Part shown: piece after piece, positions 1 through 14,289 of the stretch
Layout: the number at the start of each line of letters is the position of its first letter
How positions within the stretch are numbered: position 1 is the first letter of the stretch
Assembly: GCA_973895155.1 (NCBI GenBank)
Contig: OZ316892.1
Location: 17,846,357 to 17,910,356 of the forward strand
Length of the DNA stretch: 64,000 bases
Source: Marsupella aquatica
Lineage: Eukaryota; Plantae; Marchantiophyta
Reading direction: 5' to 3'
Notes under the pieces: generated by a model
Seen by the model: the letters and a program-made list of their open reading frames with translations, nothing else
Databases searched by the model: none
Told to the model about the DNA's origin: nothing
Translations under genes and position numbers: made by a program

Positions 1-3000
1 TAGTGTACACCAGTGACTCAAGTTTTCTCTTGGGTTTGTGTGAAACTCATGTTATATAAAACTGAAGCCAAGCCAGGACTGACCAACCATGTTGGACATG
101 GTGCTCCGGTGGTCCATGGGAGTTTGGGAATACTAAAATAATATTTAACTTTATTTTGCACCTGCAAGGAGACATCGAAAACACACAAGCACAAACATTT
201 CATGTAAACATAATGAAGATTAATTTAACAAAATTTACCTCTTCATATTTTATGCTGTAAAACTCAACTAAATTGACCTGAAATTCACTATGACTTGATG
301 GAAATCTAGCTTACCTACTACTCGAGCATGTCCCACAAATTAAAAAATATTTGTGATCCATGGGGCCCTCAAATTCAGTGGAATATATTTATTATTTTAT
401 TATTACCCGGGAGAGTTTTCGGGGTCAGATGTGTGGGGCCCACACGGCTACCATGCCACATGCCGGGTTTACCAATGATATACGGGATACAATTCTACTT
501 CTCCCCCTAACCCAATGATTTTATTTTAATAACGATGTATGGGCTGCACGTTAGTTAGTATTGTGATAGCCCCCCAAAATGGCCCAGCAGGTGTTGTACA
601 CCTTGTTGTCGATGAGGGCCCCAAAAGGTACTGGCTTTAAGGGTCGGTGTGTGGGGTCCACATGGTTATTAGCGTTTTGGGCCAGCGTTACTATTCAATT
701 AGGGGACACCATTATAGTTTTCGCAATCTCACCCTAACCAATGATTCTATTTTAACTGGTATCCCAAAATCCTTCTCTGTATTTTATTGCCACAAATAGA
801 ATTGTTTAGTCAATTGTGAGCACGTGCTCACATGATAGTACCTACTAAAATACATGACACAATGGTTTTAATATAATTGGTATAAAAAACATGTATCTAG
901 TGACTCCCCAAACAGTCTCCACTCTCCAGGAAGCTCGGTGTGTGGGGTCCACACTATTATTAGCCCACTTGACCAGGTGTGCCACTGAACATTTGTTTGC
1001 TATCCTATTCCCCAAAATCGTTCAAATTACCAACCTGCCCCCGAATCTAATTTATATAATGTATGATGTCTACATTGGGAGGTTAAGCCAACCCCCATAC
1101 CATTGTGTTTTTTAAAATTTTTTTCTTAAAATCAATTTCTTTGGACCCAAAATTTCAGTTTTCACCCATATCTACTACCTTTTAAATAAATTAGCTTAGC
1201 ATATGCTATGATCTCACATGTGCCAAGCATGGATACTTTGGCTGAAATTAGCCAAAACATAAATCAGATGCTAGTGTAAGTCGAGCATCGGCCCAAGCCT
1301 GGGTTTGCTATTACAGTTATCAAAGCATCGATCGTCAAGCGGGTGGTCAAGCATATATGGGTCCATTGCAAAAGATTAGCAGATCATGGATCTGTGCCCA
1401 AAGTTTATGACATGGATTGATCTGGACCAATGTTAATGTCTCATAGCATCATGATACTTCTTACACTTCTATCTATAATATAACCTGTAAGGTGAGGGCG
1501 GGCTGAGGGACACGGGGTGCAACAAAATACTCTGTCCAGTACAGCTGGTAGTTAGTCCATTAAAATCCCCTTAGAATCTAAAATGTTTTTAATGGCATAA
1601 TAATTAAACTAAATTTTTGGTAAACGGATTAAACCAGCCTCACAATTCGCATTAATGTATTATTTTTGCACCTGGTCAGGTTTGCCACTCAATGACAGGA
1701 CAATTTTAGTTTCACCCATAACCAATGTTTCTGTTTTAATTCAAAACTACCCTCGTCCCCCAAAGACAACCCCATGGCCTTGTATTCTATTAGTGGGGGC
1801 CCTCTATTCAGATAGTGAGTCTGGGCATTGTATTCAAGTTTTGACATGTGCTGTCATTTTTTGTGCTTTCAGGGCAATATGTTGGAAAATGGGCGTAGAG
1901 TTTGAATATTGACTTTATGTTTGAATATTTGCGTTGTAGTATGACGCATGAATTTCTACTTGTTCTATTTGTTGAACAGTTTAGGGTCAAATCTTGAACA
2001 CAATGTCCAACTCAAACACAATGCTCTTGGATATTTTACTTCTACATACATGACACATCACGTGCGATAAAGCATAGGATCATTTGATCAATTTGGAAGG
2101 AAGACTTTAAAATCTATGTGGAAGAACATAGGGCCATTAAAATCCAATTTTGAGACTTCAAAAAAAAACAGGGTTATAGAAAAAACAGGGTTCCAAAAAC
2201 AAAATTTAAGTATATTTGAAGAATACTGCAAAGTAATAGGGGTAGTATTATTCCCAAAACAAACATTTTCCTTTTTAAGTTTTTGGGTGTAGGAGGCCTG
2301 AAAACATTGGAGGTGATGGGGGTCACCATGTAGTGAGACCTCCGGGACAACACCTGGGAGTTGTGTTAAAATGATGTGTTTGAAGATAAAGCACTATTTC
2401 TTATGGAGACTCTAAAAATTCCATTTCAGACCACAATGCCCAGGCGTTGTGTTTGGGGAAAGATAGTAGTACACATTCAAATCCTGTACACCATTTTAGT
2501 TATCACCCATACCCGCCAATGTTTTTTCATTTAAATTAGCAAACTAGTTCATACCAGTATTAAATTTGGCATGGACACATTTGGCACCGGGCCAGGTTAC
2601 TTTGCCACTCACGCAAGAAACTATTTAAATTCTCACCTGCAAGCAACAGTTTTTGTCTTTTGATAAATGGGTCAATCATTTGTACCAATGTCAAAATTAC
2701 CATGAACATTTTGGTAGACACAAATCACCCTTTGTCCATCCTCAAATATTAAACATAGAAGTTTGGGTTTTAGCACAGGGAGGTGATATCCGAGGCAAAG
2801 CCCCACAATCAAAGTTTGGAGAAAATGAATGGTGTAGATCATGTTGGTGCAAGTCATTTCTGGAGGAAGTATATTGGGGAGAGTGGGTGCTAAGATTCAG
2901 GACTGAAGTCTGTTTGTGGCTATTTTGTTTGTGGATCATCTTGGATACCACCTCCCTAGCTTACTTGACACCCAAACATCCCACTCTTATATATTTTATC

Positions 3001-3527
3001 TGTGAGAGTGATAGTTATGTATGGCCCCATGGGACGGGGCTTCCAAATCTCTAGCACCACGTGCAAATATGTCAGCCATTTTCCATCACAAACGGATTGT
3101 GTGTGTTTATGACAATCAACAAACAATGCCATTTGTGTTTGACTTGAGGCCATCAAAAACAAAATAGTTAGACACAGGAACCTCCAACTATTAAAAACAC
3201 AGTAAGATGTCAATTAACAAACAGTGGGGGTAACCAAGTTGGACGGCTGATGATGGTGGACAGCAGTCACAAGAGAAGGTGCATGTCACCAGAGTTTTTA
3301 GATTGACAGGATAACATCAGATGTTGACTATTATTGGTGACAATATGCACTTTAAACCAACAGTACTTTTACATTAGTTGCTTCTTCTTTTTGAGTTTTC
3401 ATAATGCTGTTATTGTGCCACTGGAGTACATAGGCATCAAAAGATGCAACAATAGAGTTTGTTAGCCATAATTTTGTTGAGAATCTTCCATTGCTTTAGA
3501 CTTGATCCTAGTTGTATTATGGCCCGG

Positions 3528-4414
3528 ATCCTGGAAGCAGGAAAGGACTTAACCAGGCCCCTCAAGCATTATATGACTCAATGGACCCCAAGGTGGTTTC
3601 AGGACTTGACCAGTGAGCCCTTTGGACCCTCAGAAATCCAAAAAATGCGTGAAGTTTGTTGCCTTATCGTCCAGTCCACCTCCGCTACACAGGGTGCCAC
3701 TACTTAACTCAGGGCTCCACAAGACCTGCAAAATGTCAATTTTTGATAAACCTCAATATTTGATTGGATAGCTAAATGAATCTGTTTGAGCTGAAGATTG
3801 TTTGGTGTGATCCCCACATTCAAGTTACCTACTGGAAAATGTTGGGTTGTTTTGGACACCTCTAACACTCAATCCTATATCTTCAACACACCTCCAACAG
3901 CAATTCACAATCATGCACTTTTCTTTCGGTACCTAGAGAAAGTTTGAAACAAAACTAAGCTAGGTACCTTCTTTGAATAAGTTAACAGATTCCAAGTGAA
4001 ACCTAAATGTAATTATGCTTCTTACCAACACAAATCTCTCATGAGAAGTTCCCATATATATGTATATTTTTGGTATATAAGACTTGAGTGGTAGGAGATG
4101 TTCAAAAAGTCCCAACTTTTTTCAGTAGGGTGCAATGATCTTAAAATATCACACCAAACAATTGTAACCTCAAACAGAATTCATTTCATCATCCAATAAA
4201 TTATTAGAGTTTATAAAAAATTAAAATTTGTAGGTTTTGTGGCGCCCTGAGTCAAGTAGTGGCTCTCTGTGTAGCGGAGGCAGACTTCACAACTGCAACA
4301 AATTTGATGTGGTTTTTGGATTTCTGACGGCTGGCAGTCCAAAGTCCTGAATCCATCAAGTCCATAAGATGCTGGAAAGGGGCCTGGTTAAGTCCTTTCC
4401 TGTCTTGCAAGGAT
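3528..4414. mobile_element. Non-autonomous foldback DNA transposon with long (~280 bp) imperfect TIRs (Mutator-like MITE)
   Basis: CAGGAAAGGACTTAACCAGGCCCCT (~3538) is mirrored by AGGGGCCTGGTTAAGTCCTTTCCTG (~4378-4402). CTCCGCTACACAG...TGTTTGGTGTGAT (3680-3811) is mirrored at 4148-4280. A related copy lies at 43.1-45.6 kb. Ends are approximate and no TSD was identified. Confidence 0.7.
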
Positions 4415-6408
4415 TACTTATGTTGAAGTTGGAAATTGTAGGCCAAAATCACAGGTCATTGCTGCTATTTCATATAAGGTTGTAATACAAGACTAATAAC
4501 ATATGGGGGATTGTTTGTTTACATACATCTGTTCAAGAATCCAACTTTGCCCACTTCAAGTGCTTCAGTACTCTTAGCGTCTATACAAGCATTAAAACAT
4601 ACGTAGGTCCAGGAACTAATTAAACCAAGACATGGTTTGATGACTACTGGCAAAATCAAGAGTGATTGGATGAGGGACAGACTACACTGTTTTAACCAGG
4701 ATGTGGTTTAGATGAATATGGGCAAAGCAATTAAGAGTGGATAAGGGACAGCCACGAGGAAGTGATTGAGCAGTTCTTAACCAAAAATATGAATAGATAA
4801 GTACAGGCAAATTAAGTGTAATTGGAGGAGAGAGGGACTATGTTCATGATAAGCTATATTATTCATGCCATCTGCATAGGTGTTAGAGGTATGAGCTTGT
4901 GTTAGAGAAAGAGCCAAATGAGCAGGCTTACTCACAGCAACGATGAGACATAGATAAGTTTTAGTTTTGAAAGTATGCTTTACTGAGAAGTACAAATAGT
5001 TTAAGTTTCATGGTTTTCTTTTCAGCCAGGGTGACATTTAGCTTTAGATGCTGAGAATATTTATTATCTATTTGTCCTACATTACTTTGTGACCATTAGA
5101 TCTCCACAGATTATCGGCCTGTGGCTAGGTGAGAAACTGGTTCATGGAAGTAAAATAGCGGCCAGGAGCAAGTGCAACACTTTGCTAATTTAGGTGTCTA
5201 AGAATAAATCCAATATTTCATGTTTGTGAGGAGTCAGGAGGTAGTACAATTAGAAAAGTGCTCATTTTCCCAACACTAATTCTAGCCACGTAAGACAAAA
5301 GTAAACGTGGTAAAGCTCTAGACTACCCACTTAGGCCAGAACAATACAGTTCCTGAGAAGAGGGATCAGAGATGTTCAAAACTAGGTAAAACGTATCTGA
5401 CAATCTTCTAGACCCTCATACATTTCATGGAAATATTACCATATTCCCTAAAACTGTTCTGGCAGAACACATGGGTTTTCTCATTTTTCAGAAAAAATAA
5501 TAATAGTCGCAGTAAACCTGAAATCTGGGAAGATCTCACATAATATGCCAAATGTATCATAAGCCCCTCTAGCTAAGGCCTGAGGATTTACCATATTTTT
5601 GTGTTTCATTTCATACAGTGTATAATAGTTGAATGACTGATAGCATGACGAGTGACTATTGCACGACGTTCCTAAAAAGTAGCGCTGACAGGATGTTCCA
5701 AAAGGGTCCTGACGCAGGCTTGCCCTCAGGCTTTATCCAGGACGCCCTCATGAGAGGGCTACACACATCGTCATTTAGGAGCGCTATCTTCCTAGACTTA
5801 GTAAAGCATCCTCAAGATTTTCCTTCCATTTTAGTTTTCCTTTTGTCCCAAGTGGCAATCTCAGTTTTGCAGGTTTCACTTGCTTAGTAAGTAATTCGAG
5901 CTTGGCATTATTGACTAGATTCATATAATCAATTAATGACATGATTTCACCCATACGGATGGAGTGTACATCAAACCTTCAGTCACAGATCCTCGTTAAT
6001 TGTAATTCAGTTCTCTTCTTGTCAAGTTTAGCTTCCTGTTACAGCTTACACAAGCTCCAGAACTACTCAGGACAAACCCGTCCCATTATCTCAGGAAGAA
6101 CTTAGCATACAAAATCCATCACCACAGAATCCAAGCTCTGCATCGGGTTAGGACCAGAGGACAAAAACCTATGTAGGACAAAGTATGGACCAGAGGCAAC
6201 AATTGTGGATGACTCACCCATCTAGTTACAAATCATTCCCAGAATGTATTACAACAGTATTCAACAACACTGACAACTGAACCACCCAAAACATTCGTAA
6301 AATAAGATGATGATCGCTACTGCATCACTACAAGGACGTAGGAGATAAATCACACCTCAATGGACAGTAGTAATCACTAAAATGTTTCATAACAATCAGA
6401 AGACAATC

Positions 6409-9400
6409 CTATTCGACGCGGAACATCGTAATTTCTTGCTGCTTGAAGTAGCGTCGATCTTCTTCATCCACTAGGACTAGGTTCAAATAGTACTTCACAC
6501 TGAACTTGTTGTTTATGTTCCGATAAGTAGGTGTTAAATCATAAGGGCTGAGGAACAATCGAATCGGAATTGACTCCCCTGAAAGTCGAATAAGAAAAGC
6601 TGTCAGGACTGCAAAAGATTGTCCCTGACTTAAAAGGGACAGCCTAGACTACCTCCCATTCGAGGATGGCAAGCAGAATAACTACACTACAAGACAGCTG
6701 TTGGATGTTCTTTAAATATCAAAATATGATTACGGAAATTATAATGCTAGGCCAGACACCACACTTGGGAGTACTTAATTTCATCCTTGAAGCGAACATG
6801 GAAAATCTAGTTAAAATACTTTAGATTAAGAGGGCATTACTTACCTCGAACGGGAGCACCGTCCATGATTTCATATTTTGCAAGAGTCTCTGTCTCATTG
6901 TACGTGTTAGGTCCTGAGCCAGTCGACTCGCGACGTCTAATTTCCAACTCCATATGCTTGATTTTGATTCGGACAAGCAAGAAGTAGATCTTTCCAATGA
7001 TGACATCTTTGAGATGATACCTGCAGCACACTCGAAACTGTGAATATCATCTGGTCTCAAGCCGGTCCAGTCAAAATGGCGAGCCTCCGACGCTTCCATT
7101 GTTGACAACTACTACAGACTGAATCTGCAATTCACCACGAATCTATCCTTGGACTACCGAAGCAGCTACTCTGAAGAAAGAACTTCTACGATGATCGTTA
7201 ACAATACGACGTACTTGCTTTTGCTGTATTCAAACTCGATGTGCAAGCAATCCTCAATGCCGACTTCCATCTGATACAGGAATTGCCATGTAAGTACAAC
7301 AACAAGCAATTCGAAGGTGAGTAATCAACCTAGAAATACTTTGAAAATTTGATATAATGTATAAATCAGCAAGCAGGGTGAGTCCACCTCGGATCGCATT
7401 ATTGTCCTGCGTAACCCCAAGATGTAAACGGAGAGATTGATCTAACATAAAAGGGCTGGAAACTGTAGGGGTGCTACTGCACATGGGTTTGAGGAGCAAG
7501 GAACAGCAGTAGAGTTTGGGAATTGAAGAAGTTCCAAGGATTTCTAGTACATGCAGAAACAGATGATCTTAGTTGTCAACAATCCTGGCAGCTATCCTCC
7601 TAAATTCCCCGTCCCAATAAAACTTCCCGATCATTCAGTTGGTCGGATGATTCTCCTGACACCATGTCAGGACCCCAAAGGAAAAGCATTGTGTGCAACG
7701 GCTCCTCCACTGGCAGTCCAGTGCGTAGTATGCTCTACGAGGTGATTCAGCCATTATGTGAATACATTTATAAAGACCAACCGACGGCACGATAATGCGA
7801 TCATTACCTATCCACTTGAAACACATTGACTCCTGAAAATCTATTCTTCAGAGATTAAGATTACCAGAGTATGCTTTCACCAGTTTCCTACCTTGATGCT
7901 GTTATTGATCTCCGGCGGTGGTGAGAAGTTTCGGACCTATTTGAACAATAGACACTATGTAAGTTTTCAGAGCGAACTCGACTGGAAGTAAAAAATGCCA
8001 TGAACCACTTCAACCCAACACACTTGACTACATCTACCCACAATTGAAGAATGCAGACAAAGGTCAAGCAATTTAGTCAAGCAATTAGTCAAGCAAATAG
8101 TCAAGCAATTAGTCAGGTACTTCATCTTCAAACACCTTCTTGATGTCAGTTACCTTCTCTGTTCAACAAAAAAACCATCATTCCCACACTTCACGGCATA
8201 AGTATCTCACCCAGAAGTCCTTGTACTCAACAATATTCGTGGCATAACTGCGGCTGATTGTCACCTTCAAGATATATCTGCACAAAGACAAATACGTATC
8301 ACGTTCAGAAAAGAACGAGGAACCCACAATTTCATATATCATGAGCATAGAAATATGACATACTGAACAGAGGGAACTCAACTTGTGGGTAGAAATGTAG
8401 GAGAACAAATTGAGTACCTGAGGCGAACATTGACACCATTGTAAGACTCATACGGCATCTCCACAGTAGAAAACTCAAATGGATAGGTCTTTCGATCTAC
8501 AATTTCACCGGGCACATCCAGCTCCCTGACTGCACATCGCGACGTTGTTCAGGTTGTATACAACTCCCAGGCTAGCAGTCACTTTCTGGCTAGGTGGCAA
8601 TTGCAAAGCAGATTTGGATACGAAGCACAACTTTACAAACGAAAACTAGAATTAAAAAGACCTTCCAAAAGCGAAACTTACCAAGGGACGTGAAATCATA
8701 GAAGTTGCCCCTGTCAAAGTACAGCTCTACAGACACATCATATAAGAACGGGTAAGTTCCACTGTGTCACTTTGGAACATACAAATACGGTGTTTTTTTG
8801 TAAATCTGATAGATGTGACATGGCACCGAACTTGCAATACACGGGAAAATACAACCAATCAGAATTTCGAAAATTTAATTGACAAAAATGTTGCTGTCCA
8901 GGTACCTATCTGGCCTAGGAGTTCAATCTTCACACCCGTGTGCTCTACCTTCTTGCCTGGGAGAGGTTCAATTCGTACCTAGGCAGGAATTTGGAAAACA
9001 AGACGCACACAGGTAAGAACGCCACGTATTCCCGAAGTTTCCCAAGGTAAGCAAATGGATCATTTGATCGCTGAAAATATATCACACCAAAAACCCTCTA
9101 AAACAGCCATTCGCATCTTTCATTCCGAACCCAGCTCATCTATGCAACTTTGGGTATTTACAGTCTTCCATGAAGAAAAATATCAGATCATTAGCCACTA
9201 ACTGCCAGTTGGATACAACAATAGCTCCATCAGCTGAACAGACCTCTCCAACCACACTTTCCTGGCTTTGAAACAACGATACCAATCCCATCTGCCCATT
9301 TTCTTTCTTGATATTGGCCTGCATCACCCCATTGAAACAACAATGTTGGACAACAATTTAATAAAGCTACTAGAAATGTGCCAGCCGAAAAAGCGTGAGA

Positions 9401-10407
9401 GTGCAAACACGTCACTATCACAAAATGCAACAAAAAAAACTTTCCAAATTACCTGTTTTCGAGTCTCTGCATCATTGAAGTCAACCGAAATGTTGCATGG
9501 TTGTTTAAAAGCACCAATTAAAAAATTCTGCAGCCATCCACACCCAACAGTTCCAGACAAAATCAAAAGGCAGCCCACAGAAAATCGGGACACTAAGCAG
9601 ACTTCGCCACAAGGCAAAGTTCACGTCCCTCGTTCTAACAATGCCACTACTATGGCGTATCAGAATAAATGACTAACGAACGATTCAGCCGCAATTGGCT
9701 GAACAAATGACTGGGTAGACCTTTGAACTATGTAAAACTTCCGTTCTAGATAGCTTCAATTTCGATTGCCTACTCATCCTCGGAGTTAACAGGTCTATCG
9801 AGGCAACGAGAGAGAGGAAGGGAAGCGGACAATGCTCATAGAAGGAGTCTCAACTCTTTACACAACCTCAACGCAATCAAACAGTCAGAGCTGCCCAAAC
9901 GATCCACGTTGGAGGATCTGCATTCCTCGAAACTAATCGAGGGAGACGCACAGATAGTCCCTCTTCAACGGTGCCAGCCCTAAATACAGCTCCTTTAAGT
10001 ACAGGCAAGCCTTCGAATCGACAAACTCAAATGCTTGACTTAGTCTTTCGTTCGGCTCCCCATCTCGTTAGATGTACTCAAAAGCACATAAAGAGCTGCC
10101 CATTCTAGCCTTTCCCTTTCGCTTCACAGTGCGAAATTCGCAATTTTCACAGCAGACGTTCGAGAGAGCCAGATCCCCAAAACTGGTCCATTACATACGA
10201 AGGTGACAAAGGCAAGGGGGCCCCTAACCCATAGGTCCACTTTCAGGATCAAATTCCCGCCTCTGCCCTCATCAGGATCTCATGTTCACAAGCTTCCCAC
10301 TGATACACCCAAACCGACCAGACCAAAACCGAAGCACACTGAAATAAACGGTAATTGCATTTCTAGGTTTCGGGCCGAAATTGCAAGACCAGCAGAATCC
10401 CTACCAT
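6409..10407 (-). CDS. VPS26: Vacuolar protein sorting-associated protein 26 (retromer subunit)
   Basis: GT-AG exons: 10405-10407 (ATG only), 9453-9527, 9244-9318, 8906-8978, 8682-8726, 8418-8529, 8211-8277, 7892-7936, 7215-7270, 6845-7020, 6409-6578. They translate as MNFLIGAFKQPCNISV...ELYFDRGNFYDFTSL...[40 protein letters not shown]...GESIPIRLFL...FSVKYYLNLVLVDEEDRRYFKQQEITMFRVE*, the diagnostic VPS26 motifs. Confidence 0.96.
8074..8115. repeat. Short tandem repeat (TAGTCAAGCAA)n in a VPS26 intron
   Basis: About 4 copies of agtcaagcaa[tt] are visible. Confidence 0.75.
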
Positions 10408-11444
10408 TTTGTCCACACTCGCGGGACAGCCTCAAAATCCTTCCAGATCGACCAACCAGGGGACGGCAATGACGACGATGACGACCACAACCGACGACGA
10501 CTAAAGACGATGAAGCCCCTCTCAAATGCAGCAAAGTCCTGTTCCCCGCAGCAGCAGCCGCAGCTCGGCCGATCGAGAGGGCGGATTGCAGTCCGCCCTG
10601 CACAGGCGCCTCTGCTCCAGCAGCATCAGCGACGCTCGCTACTGCACTACATATTCGTTTGATCTCCCTTCCGTTCCCTAACGCTGTTTCCCAAGCTGGT
10701 TGGCTGGCTCCCACCACCGTCGTTCCTTCGATTCAGGCTCCTTTTTCACAATTGTAACGTCAATTTCCTGGTGTCGAGATCTCAGCTCAAACGAGGAGGA
10801 CGAGCTGGATGAGGAGGACGCAGTAGAGGACCTACACGACCACCACAGATAGGACGGTGCTACAGCACTAGTACGCGCGTAGAAAAACTCACACTGCTGC
10901 TGCTCCATGTGATGCGCGAGTGGGCTTTGCCTCGTGACAGCTTCATCGATGCCTCGATCGATTGCTTCCTTCCCTTCCTTCGCCACAGTACTCTACTGTA
11001 CTCGGAGTCTCGGACCGACAGCCTACTCACCGGCAATGACACCGGGAACGGTTCCCGACCCTCGCGCCGGCGATCTCGCCGAGTTCCGACGGCGAGTGGA
11101 AAGCGAAACGTTGTTTCCCGGTGGGGAAGCTAGTCTGCCTTCGCCGGGACCCGGTGAGGCTGGACCGGGAAATGCCCGTCAGCTTGGCCGGGAATCGTAA
11201 ACGGACTGGAGTGCACGGTTCCGGATGCCGGAGGTGTAAAAGGCCCTGTCAGACTACCGGTTTACGCATGTCGGTTGGTTAGTCGCTGTGACACATGTAC
11301 TCGACGGGGTGTAAAAGCTAATCTTTGTCATGATTTCCCATTTTAATTGAGGTAGAGTTTTTTGAAAACCATGACTAAAATGCAACATGTAGATAAATTA
11401 CTTAAGGCATTTTGTTATAATCTTGAAGATAATATATTAATTTA

Positions 11445-11487
11445 TCTCCACTCAGTGCCATAAATAATTTATGGCACTGAGCGGAGA
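11445..11487. repeat. 43-bp near-perfect palindrome, possibly a minimal Stowaway-like MITE or footprint
   Basis: TCTCCACTCAGTGCCATAAA-TAA-TTTATGGCACTGAGCGGAGA (one mismatch). It is followed by a tandem duplication of TGATAAAGCTCTGTGGTAAA. Confidence 0.6.
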
Positions 11488-14289
11488 ACTGAAAAGCTTG
11501 ATAAAGCTCTGTGGTAAAAGCCTGATAAAGCTCTGTGGTAAACCACATAGGAGAGTTGTGAAGTGGAACTTATATGTTATCCATAAATCCTACATGGACA
11601 AGTCAAACCTAAATGGACTAGATTAAAATACAAATACATCTTAAATATTGTCATTTACATTTCTATCCAGAAAGTACACTATGAGTGGCAGACCATCATT
11701 TTTGTCCAAAAACTACCTTGGCATTAGCTTGGTTACCACTTCTATCCAAAAGGATTCTGTTAGTGGGTAAATTGATTGAAAGTTTTGCTACATTCTCCCA
11801 ATATCCCTTTCCTTCCGAATAGTTATTCTAAACATAAAACTTAAGGTACATATCTGGCCGTTATGGTAGGTAAGACTTAGAATAAATTGAGCGTTTCATA
11901 TTCTACTCATAACCCCTCAAATAGTTTGTTCAATGGACAAAACCAAAATGATTCAATTTTATTTGGAGATTTTTTTTTATGCTCATAATAGACCACAAAG
12001 CCCCACAAAGAGGGGGAAGCAAGCAGCACAAGACCCATTAACCAAGATAACAACTCTTACTAGGGTAGCCAAGAAGCAAATCCAAAGCCCAAATGAGTTC
12101 AATTGTCACAGAGGGATTGCAATGTTTTTACATTCTTCATTGAAATTCTCCAAATGACTATTCAATTTTTGAAAACTTATTTTCATAGAGCATTGCTTTT
12201 GTTACCATGAATGTAGTAATTTAGTCATTGCGGAGCTAAAAGAAAATTTAATTTGCATGATAGTTGTTGTAGAATCCTAGTTTTCAGAGAGTGTTGCTCT
12301 GTTATAAAGAGGGTCATGAGTAATCTTGTTGGTGCAAAGATACGTATTTGAGATTTTAATCTACAAGAGGATTGTTGTCCAATCATATGTTTCAAAGAGC
12401 GCTCCACTTGTTACAAAGAGGGCTTGAGCAATTTCTGTTGCAAAGCCATCAGAAATTATGTTTTCTAGAGAGCGCTGCTCTTATTGCAAGGAGCGCTTGA
12501 AGTACTGTGCTGCTACAAAGCTACCGGAGATTGCAAATGTACACACAGATTGCGAACCTTTAGTCCTTTTTCATCCAAGCTCTTAATTGAATTTAGGTGC
12601 ACCTAAATTCCCAACTTATGTGTTTTCATCCTGTTCAAGTTTCTCTTTTCAGATTGACGTTGACTGACATTAAAAGCATACAATATTGTAAGTTTATGTC
12701 GTAGAAAGTCTTAATGACCTGAGGGTTTCCAGAGCTAATATGGTACACACACACAGTCTAGGCTTTTCAATTCAACAGAAGGGAATTGAGTGTCATGTTA
12801 CTTTGAAAATACAAACTAGTGTAATTGTGACAGTGGGTGTGTACCAGATCATATGCTTTTTCCACCCTTCCTAATAGAATGTGCCAAAAGAAACAAGTTG
12901 TGTCCGATGGTAAACATGGTCAAGCTCAACAAACCCTCCATTCCCTCATAACCCTAACATTTTGGAAACATCGAGCTTTTCACAGAGAGATGCTATAAAC
13001 TGACATGTAACACTAAAGATTACATATTGTCAGTTTGTTCAGGAAGCACCAGCTGAAACCACTTACTTGCAAAAGTTCATTTTTGGGGAGTTCTTTCTGT
13101 GCTTCCTACGCTCCTACGACCCGACATGAAATGCCAAGAGTTGCCTCCAATCGAGACCTTTGACACCTAAAAGATTGCAACGGTAAGCCTCGCCACTTTG
13201 CAATCCAGTAATCAGACACTTGAAATTTTCCCCTACTGCACATAATTTGAACGAGAGTAAGTTTAAAGGACTTCATGCGAAACGACTGCTCATTAACGGA
13301 TGAACAAGTGTGATGTGAATCACACTCAACAGAAGGACGACAACCACAGACTTAGCAATTGAGGCCCTCCAGCAAAATTCCTGGAGAGCAAGCTGCCAAA
13401 ATAACAAGTTTGCAAATCGCTCACTGTTTCATGTAGATCTCAAGATCTGGTGTTCACATATCTAAATCCACGACCAGTTCAGTTTCCACTTGCAGGAATC
13501 ACTGCAAGGTCTCCGAGGAATGAAGAGTCTGTTTCATTCCAGAATCTTTCGTTCTCATAAATCCACATTCCTGACTCAGCCAAGTTCAGGAAATGTTTTC
13601 TCAGGATCTCCACAGCACTTGAGTTACCTTACCTCTCACTCGACTGGATGAATTCAACACACAAAGCCCGCCAAGATTCTGGGCACACATTCTAACAGAA
13701 CTCTCCTTGTCACCTATTTCACCAAGTCTCTACGATTTAATCCTGCCCTAGTCGTGCAGTGAAATATTTCTTAGACTACAAGAGTTGATGTATGAGAGGA
13801 AAATCCAAGTCGAAAACTAACCTACTATAGAATGGATTTCGCTCCACCAACTTGTTTGGAAAGGCCATTCAATTGTTACAAACTACTACAACTACAAAGA
13901 TGGAGGGCAGAACTGCTGTACTAAGCTTAACTCCCTACGAACTGAATACTGCGTGCAAAAGATACGATTCCTTCATGAGGACGTGATACAGGATAGTTAA
14001 CAAGAAACTCGAGTACCACAGCCTCCAAGCCAGGGTCCTTACGTCATGGATGCTAGCATCCAAATCTAATGATCATAAGAAATTGAGAGGACCATGGCAG
14101 TACAGTCACTCCACAGCAACCTTCGCACATCCCGAACAATGTACAAATCAAGAATCCTGCCCCCGTGTAGCAGCAACCGCGTTGGCGAAATGGCTGCAAA
14201 AGACAAGGTATTCTGCAAGAATCCCATTCTTCGTGACGAAATTCAGCGCTCTCTGAGGGACCAGATGGCAGAGGTCCTCTGTAGAAGCA

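Noticed and set aside
11100-11320. GGTGTAAAAGGCCC, a Harbinger-like right terminus upstream of VPS26
   Set aside because: No matching left TIR or TSD was found.
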